Positions 1-9,310 of a stretch of DNA of 64,000 bases are shown in pieces; the first letter of the stretch is position 1; each line of letters starts with the position of its first letter. The notes below the pieces were generated by a model. The model searched no databases and was not told the origin of the DNA. It was given only the letters and a program-made list of their open reading frames with translations. A program made the translations under genes and the position numbers. The DNA is from an uncultured virus (IMG/VR IMGVR_UViG_3300045996_004413) (taxonomy: Duplodnaviria; Heunggongvirae; Uroviricota; Caudoviricetes): IMG/VR virus record IMGVR_UViG_3300045996_004413. The stretch is one strand, 5' to 3'.

Positions 1-10
1 GAGGGATCAG

Positions 11-304
11 ATGACGTGGATGGATGAGTTTCGAAACGAGTCGGATGCGATTCTGGACCAGATGGCGACGCTGCGTACGATCGCCGATGCTGCCCGCATG
101 ATGGGCAACAAGGATCTGGGAACGCGGTTGGAGAACATCTCGACGGCGGCATCTATCGCCGCTGAAAAGATCGACGAACTGGTCAGTCGGAAGGTGGACA
201 AGGATTACCAGGAGGCGGTGCAGGCGAACGCCAACATGATGGGCGCGGTGCTCGCGGTGATCGGTCCCAAGGACGACGGTAATGCGGATCGTAAATCGGT
301 CTGA
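11..304 (+). CDS. hypothetical phage protein
   Basis: 97 aa ORF, GAGG RBS-like sequence upstream, tightly packed with the next gene. Confidence 0.7.
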   Translation: MTWMDEFRNESDAILDQMATLRTIADAARMMGNKDLGTRLENISTAASIAAEKIDELVSRKVDKDYQEAVQANANMMGAVLAVIGPKDDGNADRKSV

Positions 305-306
305 AT

Positions 307-633
307 ATGGGAGCCACGTTGGCAGACGAAACTAAAGGCCTTGACGGCTGGACCCACGAGCAGTGTTTCTGGCACGACCGCCGCATGAGCCTGCACCGCC
401 GGGCTTACGAGATTGTCGCCCGCGGCGGCAAGTTTGAGGAGTGGCTGGAGCTGGCCGACAGGCTGATACTGCCGGAGGAGAAAAGCCAGCAGTGGGACTG
501 GCGGCAGCAGTTCTGGAAGACCGCTCAGACCGCATTTGGCGCCGGCATGTCCGCCAAGCAGGCATTTCCTTGCTGTGGCGATATTTCCCCATACCCCGTA
601 GGAGGCCCCAGTGTCGAAGTTGCACCCGGATGA
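307..633 (+). CDS. hypothetical protein
   Basis: 108 aa ORF in + strand run. Confidence 0.6.
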   Translation: MGATLADETKGLDGWTHEQCFWHDRRMSLHRRAYEIVARGGKFEEWLELADRLILPEEKSQQWDWRQQFWKTAQTAFGAGMSAKQAFPCCGDISPYPVGGPSVEVAPG

Positions 634-877
634 CCCGTTGAATGATGAACAGCTGGCGGCTTTCGAGCAGCTTATCCTGCACGAGTTTCGCCTGCGGTAT
701 TCCGAAGCTCTGGCCCGGGCGCCGGAGGTGGCCAAGGCCCGCCAGAGGGGCGACCACCTGCTGGCCAAGGGTGCGGTGCTTGCCGCGTCCCAGTCTTTTC
801 AGCCCATTAACGCGGCGGGCAAGGACGTGGTTCGCTCGGTGTTCCCCCCGGCTCTGTTACGAGGCTTGGCGTTGTGA
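611..877 (+). CDS. hypothetical protein
   Basis: GTG start after AGGAGG; 88 aa. Confidence 0.6.
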   Translation: MSKLHPDDPLNDEQLAAFEQLILHEFRLRYSEALARAPEVAKARQRGDHLLAKGAVLAASQSFQPINAAGKDVVRSVFPPALLRGLAL

Positions 878-940
878 ATCACCTGACAGTCGGAGACATT
901 CGGCGGGTAAGGACTACCAGCCCCTACGAGGAGTGCGTGA

Positions 941-1162
941 ATGAGTGCGTTACAACCCATCCTTGACCAGGCCGCGTCGCTGGGCACCAAGGCCGGTGCC
1001 GCCCGCGCCAAGGGCGACGAGAACCTGGCCAAGTCCATGCGGACGGCGCTGGGCTCTCTGAAGGCCGCAAGCACCAAGGATGAGAAGATCGCGATCGAAC
1101 GGGCCTACGCCGCTGCCTACCACGAGAGTTATGCGGTCAAGTGCAGCGGCGATCCGGACTAG
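941..1162 (+). CDS. hypothetical protein
   Basis: GAGGAG RBS; 73 aa. Confidence 0.65.
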   Translation: MSALQPILDQAASLGTKAGAARAKGDENLAKSMRTALGSLKAASTKDEKIAIERAYAAAYHESYAVKCSGDPD

Positions 1163-1169
1163 GAGGCCA

Positions 1170-1631
1170 ATGAAATTCGAAAGCGTTAGCGTCATCGTGA
1201 TCAGCCCCCAGGGCCGGGTGCTGCTGGGCAAGCGGCTGGCAAAGTCGTTCATCGGCTCTTACCAGACCCCGGGCGGGATGGTCGATCCCGATGAGCCCAT
1301 CGTGGCCGCAGCAGTGCGGGAGGCGAGGGAAGAACTTGGGGCGGAAGTTCAGGTGTTCTTCGAGTGCCCCCAGACGATGGAGTACACCGGCGCGTTTGAG
1401 GCCGGCACATCCAACAACACGACCACGGCGCATTACGTGTTTGCAACTCTCGAGGGCCCCATCAAGGTTCCCGAGAGCGAGCGGGAAAAGTGTAACGACT
1501 GGGCGTTCTACGAGCGTGACAAGCTACCCTCGCCGCTCACATTCGTCACAGCCTATGGTCTTCACGTGCTCGACTCCTATTGCGGGGATGTGCACGCGGT
1601 GGCCACGTTGATCGAAAAGTTCCGCAGGTAA
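1170..1631 (+). CDS. NUDIX hydrolase
   Basis: Nudix box GGMVDPDEPIVAAAVREAREELG; AGGAGG RBS before ATG at 1170. Confidence 0.9.
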   Translation: MKFESVSVIVISPQGRVLLGKRLAKSFIGSYQTPGGMVDPDEPIVAAAVREAREELGAEVQVFFECPQTMEYTGAFEAGTSNNTTTAHYVFATLEGPIKVPESEREKCNDWAFYERDKLPSPLTFVTAYGLHVLDSYCGDVHAVATLIEKFRR

Positions 1632-1650
1632 TGTTTACCCTTAGGATTTT

Positions 1651-2616
1651 ATGACGATACCCGATGACAACAGCGGCATGGATCTGCCGGATGAGCCGTT
1701 TTTCGGCGCCGGCGGACAGGCCGGGGCGGTTCTCAAGAGCCGCAAGACCGTGGAGTTGACCGAGGAGTTTGCTACGGAGTTTCTCGAAATCGCTGAATTT
1801 GTCGGCGATCGTGCGCTGCTGGATAAGGAAGTCATTCGGCTGGCCCGCCTTATGGAAGCTGGATTGTTCCGTTCCGAAATCGTGCAGTTGGTGGTGTGCA
1901 TTTGGCAGGGCCGCAAATACCGCATGAACGGGCAACACACGGCCTGGGCCCGCCTCTCCGCCAAGGTTTCCAAGGCCACCCGCTGGCCTGTGCAACTGTT
2001 CGTGTACGAGGCAAAAACCGAGCAGGAGATGCGGGAACTGTACAGCGCGATGGACCGTAACAGGGTGCGTACGCCTGCCCAGGTGACGCAGTCGTACTTG
2101 TTTGGAACCCAGGAGTTTGAGGGCTTTTCCCGGGGACTGTTGCGGGGACTGTCCGAAGGGCTGGCGCTTTGGAAGTGGCCGGAGGAGTCGGTTCGCCGGC
2201 TTCACAGCGTCGACGAGAGGTCGTTCCTGATGCTCAACGAGCATCACAAGCTTTCGAAGCTCGTGGGCGGGTTTCTTCGAGGTGTTTCCGGCAAGACGGG
2301 GAAGCACCTGTGGCGAGCCGCTACTGTAGGGGCGATGTACGCCACGTTCGACAAAGCGCCGCAGATCTCTGCGGAATTCTGGCAGACGGTACATGATGGC
2401 ATCGGGATCACCGCCAAGGGTGACCCGCGGCTGACGCTTCGCAACTACCTGACCAACACGCGTGTGCAGACAACGACCAAGGTACCCGGTATCAAGTCGA
2501 TCTCGGCGGAGGAGATGTACCGCGGCTGCATCCGAGCCTGGAACACGTTCCGCGACGGCGGCACCGTTCAGGAAATTCGTGTGGACATGACCAAACCGCG
2601 ACCGGGAGTGAAGTAA
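1651..2616 (+). CDS. ParB/Srx-like domain phage protein
   Basis: MNGQHT resembles the DGQHR motif of ParB/Srx-like domains, followed by MDRNRVRT. Confidence 0.55.
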   Translation: MTIPDDNSGMDLPDEPFFGAGGQAGAVLKSRKTVELTEEFATEFLEIAEFVGDRALLDKEVIRLARLMEAGLFRSEIVQLVVCIWQGRKYRMNGQHTAWARLSAKVSKATRWPVQLFVYEAKTEQEMRELYSAMDRNRVRTPAQVTQSYLFGTQEFEGFSRGLLRGLSEGLALWKWPEESVRRLHSVDERSFLMLNEHHKLSKLVGGFLRGVSGKTGKHLWRAATVGAMYATFDKAPQISAEFWQTVHDGIGITAKGDPRLTLRNYLTNTRVQTTTKVPGIKSISAEEMYRGCIRAWNTFRDGGTVQEIRVDMTKPRPGVK

Positions 2617-2617
2617 C

Positions 2618-3202
2618 GTGGGTCGAGAAGAGACGGTTTTGCCAGCGGACTTGCCGGAGATCGACATCCCCTACCGCACGGTAGAAGATCGTTACGGCAA
2701 TCAGGCCGCCAGTATTTCGACAAAGCTGACACTCTCGGCGGCGTCCGAAACCATTAAAAACACGCCTATCAGCCAGGGCCGCTGGGCGATCGCCTGGCGG
2801 TACGCTGATCCGCCGGCCACCCGAGATTACGACAAGTACCTGGAGCACCTGCGAAAGACCACGGAGGTGTACTTGGTGATTCGGCTGGCCCGGCGGTGGA
2901 AGGCGCATGAACAACTGGCTGACATTCCCGAGAAGGTTATGGCCAAGCTGGAAGAACAGGCTCGGCTGCGGTGCAGTGCGTCGTCGCCGGCTCCGGCTCA
3001 GCCTCGATCGGCGAATCGGCCGAACCGTACCCCTGGCAAGTGCACCCTGAACAAGCGGGCTACTTTCAGTGCAATGTGCGTGGAGTGTCATCGCGAGTGG
3101 ACCATGAGCCAGGGCTTGAACGAAAGCCCCATCCCGGAAGTTATCTACTGTCCGTGGTGTGGTACCTCGTATGACACGAACGCGTCTTTAGGGAAATCGT
3201 GA
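2618..3202 (+). CDS. hypothetical protein with C-terminal Zn ribbon
   Basis: CVEC...CPWC pairs at the C-terminus. Confidence 0.55.
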   Translation: MGREETVLPADLPEIDIPYRTVEDRYGNQAASISTKLTLSAASETIKNTPISQGRWAIAWRYADPPATRDYDKYLEHLRKTTEVYLVIRLARRWKAHEQLADIPEKVMAKLEEQARLRCSASSPAPAQPRSANRPNRTPGKCTLNKRATFSAMCVECHREWTMSQGLNESPIPEVIYCPWCGTSYDTNASLGKS

Positions 3203-3257
3203 CTACCCGGCCCCCGGCTGCCTTACCAGCGGCCGGGGACCCTATTTAGAGGTTTTT

Positions 3258-4931
3258 ATGGCAGAAGAAGTCCACCACCTTGAAGCTCACCCGGCCCTGA
3301 TCATGAGCGTGATCAAGCGACAAGCCGGCACCCTCGCCAAGGCGGCTCTTGAAGGCGTGATGAACGCCGTCGACGCACGGGCCACCAAGATCGAGTTGTC
3401 GATCGACCGCGACCAGCTGATCCTCGTGGACGACGGCAAGGGTTTCGGCGATGTCGCGAACATCCACAAGTTCTTCAAGGTCTTCGGCCAGCCCCACGAG
3501 GGCTCGGAGAACAAGATCTTCGGAACCTTCCGCATGGGCCGCGGGCAGTTATTCGCCTTCGGTCGCAATGTCTGGCGGACCGGGCCCAACCTGATGGACG
3601 TCGACGTCGAGAAGCGGGGGCTCGCGTTCACGCTCAAGACCGACTGCCTCGATGACCAGCCGGGCTGCCGGATCGTCGTCTCGCTGTATGAGAAGTTGAA
3701 TCTGGCGGCGATCTCGGAGTTGCGGCGGGACCTGGAGCTCTGGTGCTATTGGGCGCCGATCCAGGTGTTCTTGAACGGCGAACTCCTGAGCCATAACCCG
3801 CAGGAGGCCAAGTGGGATCACGAGACCGACGAGGCCTACATCAAGCTCAAGGAAACCGGCACCCTCGACGTGTACAACCTTGGCATCCACGTGCATTCTT
3901 ACTCGGGGCATGTCTTCGGCTGCGGCGGCGACGTGGTCTCCAAGAAACAGCTCAAGGTGAACTTCGCCCGCAACGACATCCAGTCGGATTGTCCGGTGTG
4001 GCGCAAGATCAAGCCGATCGTGAACCAGCGGGCGACGGAAAAGAACAACAAGAAGTCGCTCACCGACGCCGGCCGCCAGCGGATCGCTGACCAGGTGATC
4101 TCCGGCGAGATGGACGCGGGCGAGGCCGGTGACATCAAGTTGTTCACCGCGGTGACCGGCCGGCACTACAGCTTCCACCAGCTCACAGGGCAGCATGCCA
4201 AGTGCTTCAGCCTGTCGCCGCGGGGCGACCACGTCGGCGGACTTATCCACGATCGCGAGCTGGCTTTCGTGTTTGCGACCGAGACGTTGGAGCGTTGGCA
4301 TGTGAAGACCGGGCCGGCGCTCTTGAAGCGGATCAAGGATCTCTTCGCCCCCAAGGACTCCTTTGTCCTGCAGGAGCCGTTCAAGCCCTTGGAGAAGCTC
4401 TCCGAAGGCTTCACGGGCAAGTATGTGGCCTTGAAGGATGACGAGCTCAACCCCAACGAGCGGGTGTGGATGACGCTGTTGCGGCGGATGTCGAGGCACC
4501 TGTTGCCGGAGGTTTACGGCGGGTATCCCTCCGACGCCGACCTTGATATGGATGAGCTGCAGGACCGTGTGCTTAACGTCGGTTTGTCCAAGGTCGCCGA
4601 CGCGTGGACCGACGGTTCGTCCTATGTTGTGCTGAGTCGCGACTTTTTGGCCCAGCAGGACTTTACGGTTCTTGGCTTAACTCAAGTGGCGCACGTTTTG
4701 TTGCACGTTGGCTGCCACAACAAGGCCGACATGTTGGATCACGAGCATGATCCCGAGTTTTATGAGAAATATCATCAACTCTGCATGCATGGTAATGTCG
4801 GCCGGTTCGTGAAGGAAGCCTTGTCGGTGCTTCCCAAGGTGATGCGGGAACTCAACCGCAAGCTGACGAAGACGCAGATATCGGCGATCGATGCCAACAA
4901 CGCGGCGGGCGAACTCGCCGCGGTCAATTAG
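3258..4931 (+). CDS. GHKL (HSP90/MORC-like) ATPase with degenerate C-terminal zincin-like domain
   Basis: EGVMNAVDA (N-box), DDGKGF (G1), GTFRMGRG (G2); C-terminal LLHVGCH...HEHDPEFY. Confidence 0.8.
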   Translation: MAEEVHHLEAHPALIMSVIKRQAGTLAKAALEGVMNAVDARATKIELSIDRDQLILVDDGKGFGDVANIHKFFKVFGQPHEGSENKIFGTFRMGRGQLFAFGRNVWRTGPNLMDVDVEKRGLAFTLKTDCLDDQPGCRIVVSLYEKLNLAAISELRRDLELWCYWAPIQVFLNGELLSHNPQEAKWDHETDEAYIKLKETGTLDVYNLGIHVHSYSGHVFGCGGDVVSKKQLKVNFARNDIQSDCPVWRKIKPIVNQRATEKNNKKSLTDAGRQRIADQVISGEMDAGEAGDIKLFTAVTGRHYSFHQLTGQHAKCFSLSPRGDHVGGLIHDRELAFVFATETLERWHVKTGPALLKRIKDLFAPKDSFVLQEPFKPLEKLSEGFTGKYVALKDDELNPNERVWMTLLRRMSRHLLPEVYGGYPSDADLDMDELQDRVLNVGLSKVADAWTDGSSYVVLSRDFLAQQDFTVLGLTQVAHVLLHVGCHNKADMLDHEHDPEFYEKYHQLCMHGNVGRFVKEALSVLPKVMRELNRKLTKTQISAIDANNAAGELAAVN

Positions 4932-4965
4932 CGGACCGGCCCCCAGAGGCCGTAGCAAGGAGAGA

Positions 4966-5232
4966 ATGATGGCAAGCAAGCGTGGCTTCGCTTCAATGTC
5001 CCCGGAACAGCGTTCGAAGATCGCCCGCAAGGGCGGCATCGCGGCGCACGAGAAGGGCACGGCCCACCAGTTTTCCAAGCAGGAGGCCGCGGATGCCGCC
5101 CGCAAGGGACACAAAGAGGGCACCGCCCACGAGTTCACCTCTGCGGAGGCCCGGGCCGCGGGCCGCAAGGGTGGCCTGGCCCGCGCTCGCAAGCAGCGGG
5201 CAGCAGCGTCGCCCGCGACTGTCGAGGTCTAA
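4966..5232 (+). CDS. KGG-repeat general stress protein (YciG/Con-10-like)
   Basis: RGFASMSPEQRSKIARKGG and two GTAHxF...ARKG/GRKGG repeats; AAGGAG RBS. Confidence 0.9.
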   Translation: MMASKRGFASMSPEQRSKIARKGGIAAHEKGTAHQFSKQEAADAARKGHKEGTAHEFTSAEARAAGRKGGLARARKQRAAASPATVEV

Positions 5233-5256
5233 AACGCGGAAGTCGGATTTGATATA

Positions 5257-5297
5257 AAGACGCCCGGTGGCCTCGCGGTCGCCGGGCGTCTTGCTTT
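5257..5297 (+). terminator. intrinsic terminator-like hairpin
   Basis: aagacgcccggtggcc / ggtcgccgggcgtctt stem after the KGG gene, weak U tail. Confidence 0.6.
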
Positions 5298-5311
5298 AAC
5301 AAGGAGAAACG

Positions 5312-6076
5312 ATGGCCAAGGATCTTGTGGACATGCTCTTGGATCGTACGTTGCCGTGGCTGCCGCTGCCCACGCCGGACCCCAAGTACCCGAACCATTT
5401 CGTGTACCCCGACGGCTCTGGCATCGCCCCGGCAATGCAGGCTGGGAAGTGGGTGGCTCATTGGGCGAACCGTACGCCGCTTCGCAGCGACAACGACGTG
5501 GTCAGCTACTTCGACACGCCGGAGGACGCTGCCCAAGCCCTCTACGAAGGCAACGAAGGGCCGGCGGCGCCGCACAGCGCCAAGCCCGGGTACACGCCCG
5601 CGGCGTTCCCCCCGGAGTTGGAGCACCGAAAGCAGTACGCGGTTCGCAGCGACATGGGCGAAGAAACCCTGGTGCTGCTCGTGGAAGACGACGGGGACGT
5701 GATCGTGTCGGTGGTCAATCCCAAAGCTTACAACTCGGCCCAGTTCTGCACCCTCGCAGGCGGCGGCAAGTCTCCCCGGGTGCGGGACGCCCTGCTTGCC
5801 CTCGCCGACGCAATTCGGATCACCCGGGAAGAGTCGAGGCCGCACGCCGTGCTCACGCCCGAGCACCGGGTGCCGCCGCTGGATTCTGTACCCCCGGCCC
5901 ACGAGCTGGCGGTACAGCCGCTGGAGAACCCCACCGAAGAGGAGGCCCACCGGCAAGGCGAGTGGGCGTTTACGTTTGGCATGGAGCAGGACCGTTGCCC
6001 GTACCCCGCAGGCTCGATCGCCTGCGCAAAGTGGCTGGAAGGTTGGAAGTTCACGCAGGAAAACGACGAGGGTTGA
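5312..6076 (+). CDS. hypothetical protein with C-terminal Rmf-like motif
   Basis: AHRQGEWAFTFG...CPY...WLEGW resembles ribosome modulation factor. Confidence 0.6.
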   Translation: MAKDLVDMLLDRTLPWLPLPTPDPKYPNHFVYPDGSGIAPAMQAGKWVAHWANRTPLRSDNDVVSYFDTPEDAAQALYEGNEGPAAPHSAKPGYTPAAFPPELEHRKQYAVRSDMGEETLVLLVEDDGDVIVSVVNPKAYNSAQFCTLAGGGKSPRVRDALLALADAIRITREESRPHAVLTPEHRVPPLDSVPPAHELAVQPLENPTEEEAHRQGEWAFTFGMEQDRCPYPAGSIACAKWLEGWKFTQENDEG

Positions 6077-6301
6077 ATGGCACAGGTGATTGGGACGCTG
6101 GGGATTATCGCAGCAGGTGACGTGCTGCTGGGCCGGAAGTTCAAGGTGTATGACAACACGGTCAAGATCGGCGAGGTGATCGTGCTCAAGGACGGCGGGG
6201 TCAAGGTGACCATTGGGGATTTGAAGGAGCAGGTCGGGGAACTCCAGGAGCTGATTCGGCTGTACGACGAGCACCAGGCAAGCCTGAAGGGTGGCCTGTA
6301 A
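6077..6301 (+). CDS. hypothetical protein
   Basis: 74 aa, abuts both neighbours. Confidence 0.6.
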   Translation: MAQVIGTLGIIAAGDVLLGRKFKVYDNTVKIGEVIVLKDGGVKVTIGDLKEQVGELQELIRLYDEHQASLKGGL

Positions 6302-6789
6302 TGGCCAGCTACTACGCGAAGTACCGGGCGGTGCCCCCCAACGACAACCTGCTGGGCGCGGTGAAGGAAAGCCAAAGCAGCCGGTACCAGAGCCGACAGA
6401 TGGCCATCGATTACCTCGAGAACGTGATCGAGCTAAACGGCGGCCTTACCAAGTGCGATGGGGAGGTTTGGAAGAGCCCCAAGCACCCGGAGATCTTCAT
6501 TCATTGCGGAGAGGTCGCCACGGTCGTGAACACCAGGTGCCCCCGCTGCAAGAAGGTGCTGACCCTTGCCGACGCCAAGGCAGCCAAGTCGCCGGCGGAG
6601 GTCAATCTGTTCGTGGTCGGGAGCAAGGTCAGGTGCGAGACCAACAAGCACTTGCACAAGGGGATCCAGCAGGGGGACAAGGGCGTGGTGCGGGAGTATT
6701 ACCCCAAGGTCAACGCGGTGGACGTCACCTTCGGGGCCAAAGCGTGTGTGCTGTTCATCGACAAAAGAGAAGTGGTGTTGGACCAATAG
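6301..6789 (+). CDS. hypothetical protein (Zn-finger plus SH3-like)
   Basis: TAATG overlap with the previous gene; HC...CPRC; GDKGVV beta-barrel-like end. Confidence 0.6.
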   Translation: MASYYAKYRAVPPNDNLLGAVKESQSSRYQSRQMAIDYLENVIELNGGLTKCDGEVWKSPKHPEIFIHCGEVATVVNTRCPRCKKVLTLADAKAAKSPAEVNLFVVGSKVRCETNKHLHKGIQQGDKGVVREYYPKVNAVDVTFGAKACVLFIDKREVVLDQ

Positions 6790-6849
6790 AAGAGCAGGGC
6801 CTGAATTGGTATCCTGTCGTCTTTCACCAACCTAACCCGAGGAGAGCCC

Positions 6850-7563
6850 ATGCCCGTAACTACCCGTGAGGAACGTCGCGCTGCCCAGAAGGAAGCCCAG
6901 CGCAAGGACAAGAAAGCCCGGGCTGCCGGCCGCGCCCTGCTCGTGCCGGGGGATCACCCGGCCTTGAAGACCGTGTCGACGCCGGTTGTTTTCGGCGAGG
7001 ATCTGAGCTTCGTCGAGACCATGCTCACGGTCCTGCGGGTGAGCACCAACGGGGTGGGACTCGCAGCCAACCAGATCGGCGTCACCAAGCGGGTGATCGT
7101 GATCTGGGACCGCGCCCGGCAAGAAAAGCCGGTGGTGATGCTCAACCCGGTGATTACCCGCCGGAGCGATAGACTGCACTCTTCCAACGAAGGGTGTCTT
7201 TCCTACCCCGGCGTCGACGCGTGGCTGATGCGGCATGACGAGGTCGATATGACCTGGACCACGCTGGAAGGCACGGAAGAGAGCGGGACGTTCTACCGCC
7301 GCGGTGCCGACGTGGCGCAGCACGAGATGGACCATCTCGACGGCGTGTGCCTGGTGGGAGATTACGGCGCCGGCTGGCGGGATCCGAAGCACGAGGAGTA
7401 CATGGGCCGCAAGGTCGAAGCTGGCCGCGGGGTGGCAAGAAGCCTGCCAGCTGCCAGTGCCCTGGTCGCGTCCATGGCTTTGATGGCGGCCAACTACCCG
7501 TCGATACCTGCCGTGGAACATCTGCCGCCACGGCCTGCCTTCAACCGTCGCGGCCAGCGGTAA
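6850..7563 (+). CDS. def: peptide deformylase
   Basis: All three PDF motifs: GVGLAANQIG, EGCLS, QHEMDHLDG. Confidence 0.95.
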   Translation: MPVTTREERRAAQKEAQRKDKKARAAGRALLVPGDHPALKTVSTPVVFGEDLSFVETMLTVLRVSTNGVGLAANQIGVTKRVIVIWDRARQEKPVVMLNPVITRRSDRLHSSNEGCLSYPGVDAWLMRHDEVDMTWTTLEGTEESGTFYRRGADVAQHEMDHLDGVCLVGDYGAGWRDPKHEEYMGRKVEAGRGVARSLPAASALVASMALMAANYPSIPAVEHLPPRPAFNRRGQR

Positions 7564-7649
7564 TCGCGACAAGAATCCCGACACTTGTCGCGATTTGACA
7601 CCTAAATGCGTTCACAAGGTAGTATCCCGACATTTCAACAGGATGGATT

Positions 7650-8456
7650 ATGGGAAAGAAAATCTACGTGGCAGCAAGCTTTCCGCTGCAGAAGACCCGG
7701 GCTGCAGAACTGGCTGAGTTCCTGCGGGACAACGGCCATGAGGTTACCTCGCGATGGCTGACGGTGGAAGAGGCCGGCCCAACGCAGCCCGGGGAGACAT
7801 ACGAGGTTCGCACCAGCAAGCAGCGGTACGCTCTCATGGATGAAGCAGACGTGCTTGCTTCAGACGTGGTGGTGGAGATCACCGGCGATACGCTCACCCG
7901 CGGCGGCCGCCACGTGGAGAAGGGCATCGCGATCGGCCGCAAGATCCCGATCATCAACCTCGGGCCGCGGGAGTGCGTGTTCGACTGGCACCCCCTGGTC
8001 CAGCTTGCTGAAAACGCGGAGCAGCTGCTGCAGATCCTGGAGACCGTGCCCACGCGGTTCACCGACGATGACGACGAAGAAGAGTTGCCCGAGCCCCTGG
8101 CTTTGAGCCCCGAGCACCGCGAGCGGTTCGAGCAGTTGCTGGCCGCTGTGCCCCCGGAGATAGCGTCTGTCTCGATCAGCTATTCGGGGTCCGGGGACAG
8201 CGGAGACTACGAGGAGCCCCAGTACGTTGGTGATGGCGGCGAGGAACTCAAGACCGAGCATCGGTCGGAGGAGTTTGCCCAGCTCGCCCAAGACATCATT
8301 GACGACTCCGAGCAGGCCGGCTGGTACAACAACGAAGGCGCCTACGGCACGTTCACCTTCAACATTCGGGAAAAGAAGATCGAGTGGGACCACTCGAACT
8401 ACGTGGAAGAAACCGAGGACATTGAATACCTCTTCGAACTGCCCCCGGCTGCCTGA
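7650..8456 (+). CDS. nucleoside 2-deoxyribosyltransferase-like domain fused to DUF6878-like domain
   Basis: KIYVAASF...D..DV..SD...GGRHVEKGIAIG (NDT-like); C-terminal YSGSGDSG...GWYNNEGAYGTF. Confidence 0.7.
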   Translation: MGKKIYVAASFPLQKTRAAELAEFLRDNGHEVTSRWLTVEEAGPTQPGETYEVRTSKQRYALMDEADVLASDVVVEITGDTLTRGGRHVEKGIAIGRKIPIINLGPRECVFDWHPLVQLAENAEQLLQILETVPTRFTDDDDEEELPEPLALSPEHRERFEQLLAAVPPEIASVSISYSGSGDSGDYEEPQYVGDGGEELKTEHRSEEFAQLAQDIIDDSEQAGWYNNEGAYGTFTFNIREKKIEWDHSNYVEETEDIEYLFELPPAA

Positions 8457-8809
8457 TGGGGCACCCTTTCCATCACGCCCAGAGCTCGGCCCGCAAGTTT
8501 GGCGGTGTTCCTGCGGACTATCAGGCCATCCACGACTGGTTTGATGCGTCCAAGGCGTTCATCGCCAACTGGCGGCACCGGGCGCTGCGGCACCATGCTG
8601 AGGGGATCTTCGCGGCCGAGAAGGAGTTCGGCACGACGATCACCAACTCCGCGGGCAAGCAAGTGCCCGTGCGTTTGATAGGCGAGCAGCACGTGACGGA
8701 GGACCTGGGGCGGATCCCGTCGCTACAGGACTGGTTCAAGCACCTGCAGCACGAGCCGTGGATGACCAAGGGCGTGCAGAGGCTCGAGGAGGAGCCTACA
8801 GTCAAGTGA
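8456..8809 (+). CDS. DUF6915-like His-rich protein
   Basis: HPFHHAQSSARKFGG...IHDWFDASK...RHRALRHH...GEQHVTEDLGRIPS; TGATG coupling. Confidence 0.8.
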   Translation: MGHPFHHAQSSARKFGGVPADYQAIHDWFDASKAFIANWRHRALRHHAEGIFAAEKEFGTTITNSAGKQVPVRLIGEQHVTEDLGRIPSLQDWFKHLQHEPWMTKGVQRLEEEPTVK

Positions 8810-8843
8810 CTGATTAAAATAACTGGTCACCTACTTTTGAGAG

Positions 8844-9047
8844 GTGTATATCGTGAAGGCTTATAAGATTCTTTACAAAAATGCCAGCGGCACCACATCC
8901 CTGACGCAGAGTATCGAAGCCGCCAACCCCGCTTCTGCCCTTTTGCTGACGACCCCTTTCGTCCGTCAGAATTACGTGGATATCTACGAGGTCGAAACAG
9001 AGCGGGAAATGGTTGAAATTTCTGGCAGAAGTTGGCCCCTGCGGTAA
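8844..9047 (+). CDS. hypothetical protein
   Basis: 67 aa; start uncertain. Confidence 0.45.
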   Translation: MYIVKAYKILYKNASGTTSLTQSIEAANPASALLLTTPFVRQNYVDIYEVETEREMVEISGRSWPLR

Positions 9048-9098
9048 CACAATGGGGTTGATATGGCCGAACCTGATACGGCGATGCGGCTGTTCGTA

Positions 9099-9305
9099 CT
9101 AGCAGGCGACCCAGGCGTCACGCAGTTGACCGGCCACCATCTTCTTGCACCGCCGGGCCTGGCCGGCGGCAGCGAGGGCGTTTAACCGTCGGAGAGCCGT
9201 GTTGTCGGAGATGCCAGCCTTTTGGGCAAACTCGCCGGTGGTCATCGCTCCCTTGGTTTCTTTGCGTGTTCGCTTGATGGATCGTGCGAGAGCAGAAAGA
9301 GACAT
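9099..9305 (-). CDS. small HTH DNA-binding protein
   Basis: MTTGEFAQKAGISDNTALRRLNAL winged-HTH pattern; lies directly downstream of the phosphoesterase. Confidence 0.65.
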   Translation of the reverse strand: MSLSALARSIKRTRKETKGAMTTGEFAQKAGISDNTALRRLNALAAAGQARRCKKMVAGQLRDAWVAC

Positions 9306-9310
9306 TCGGG

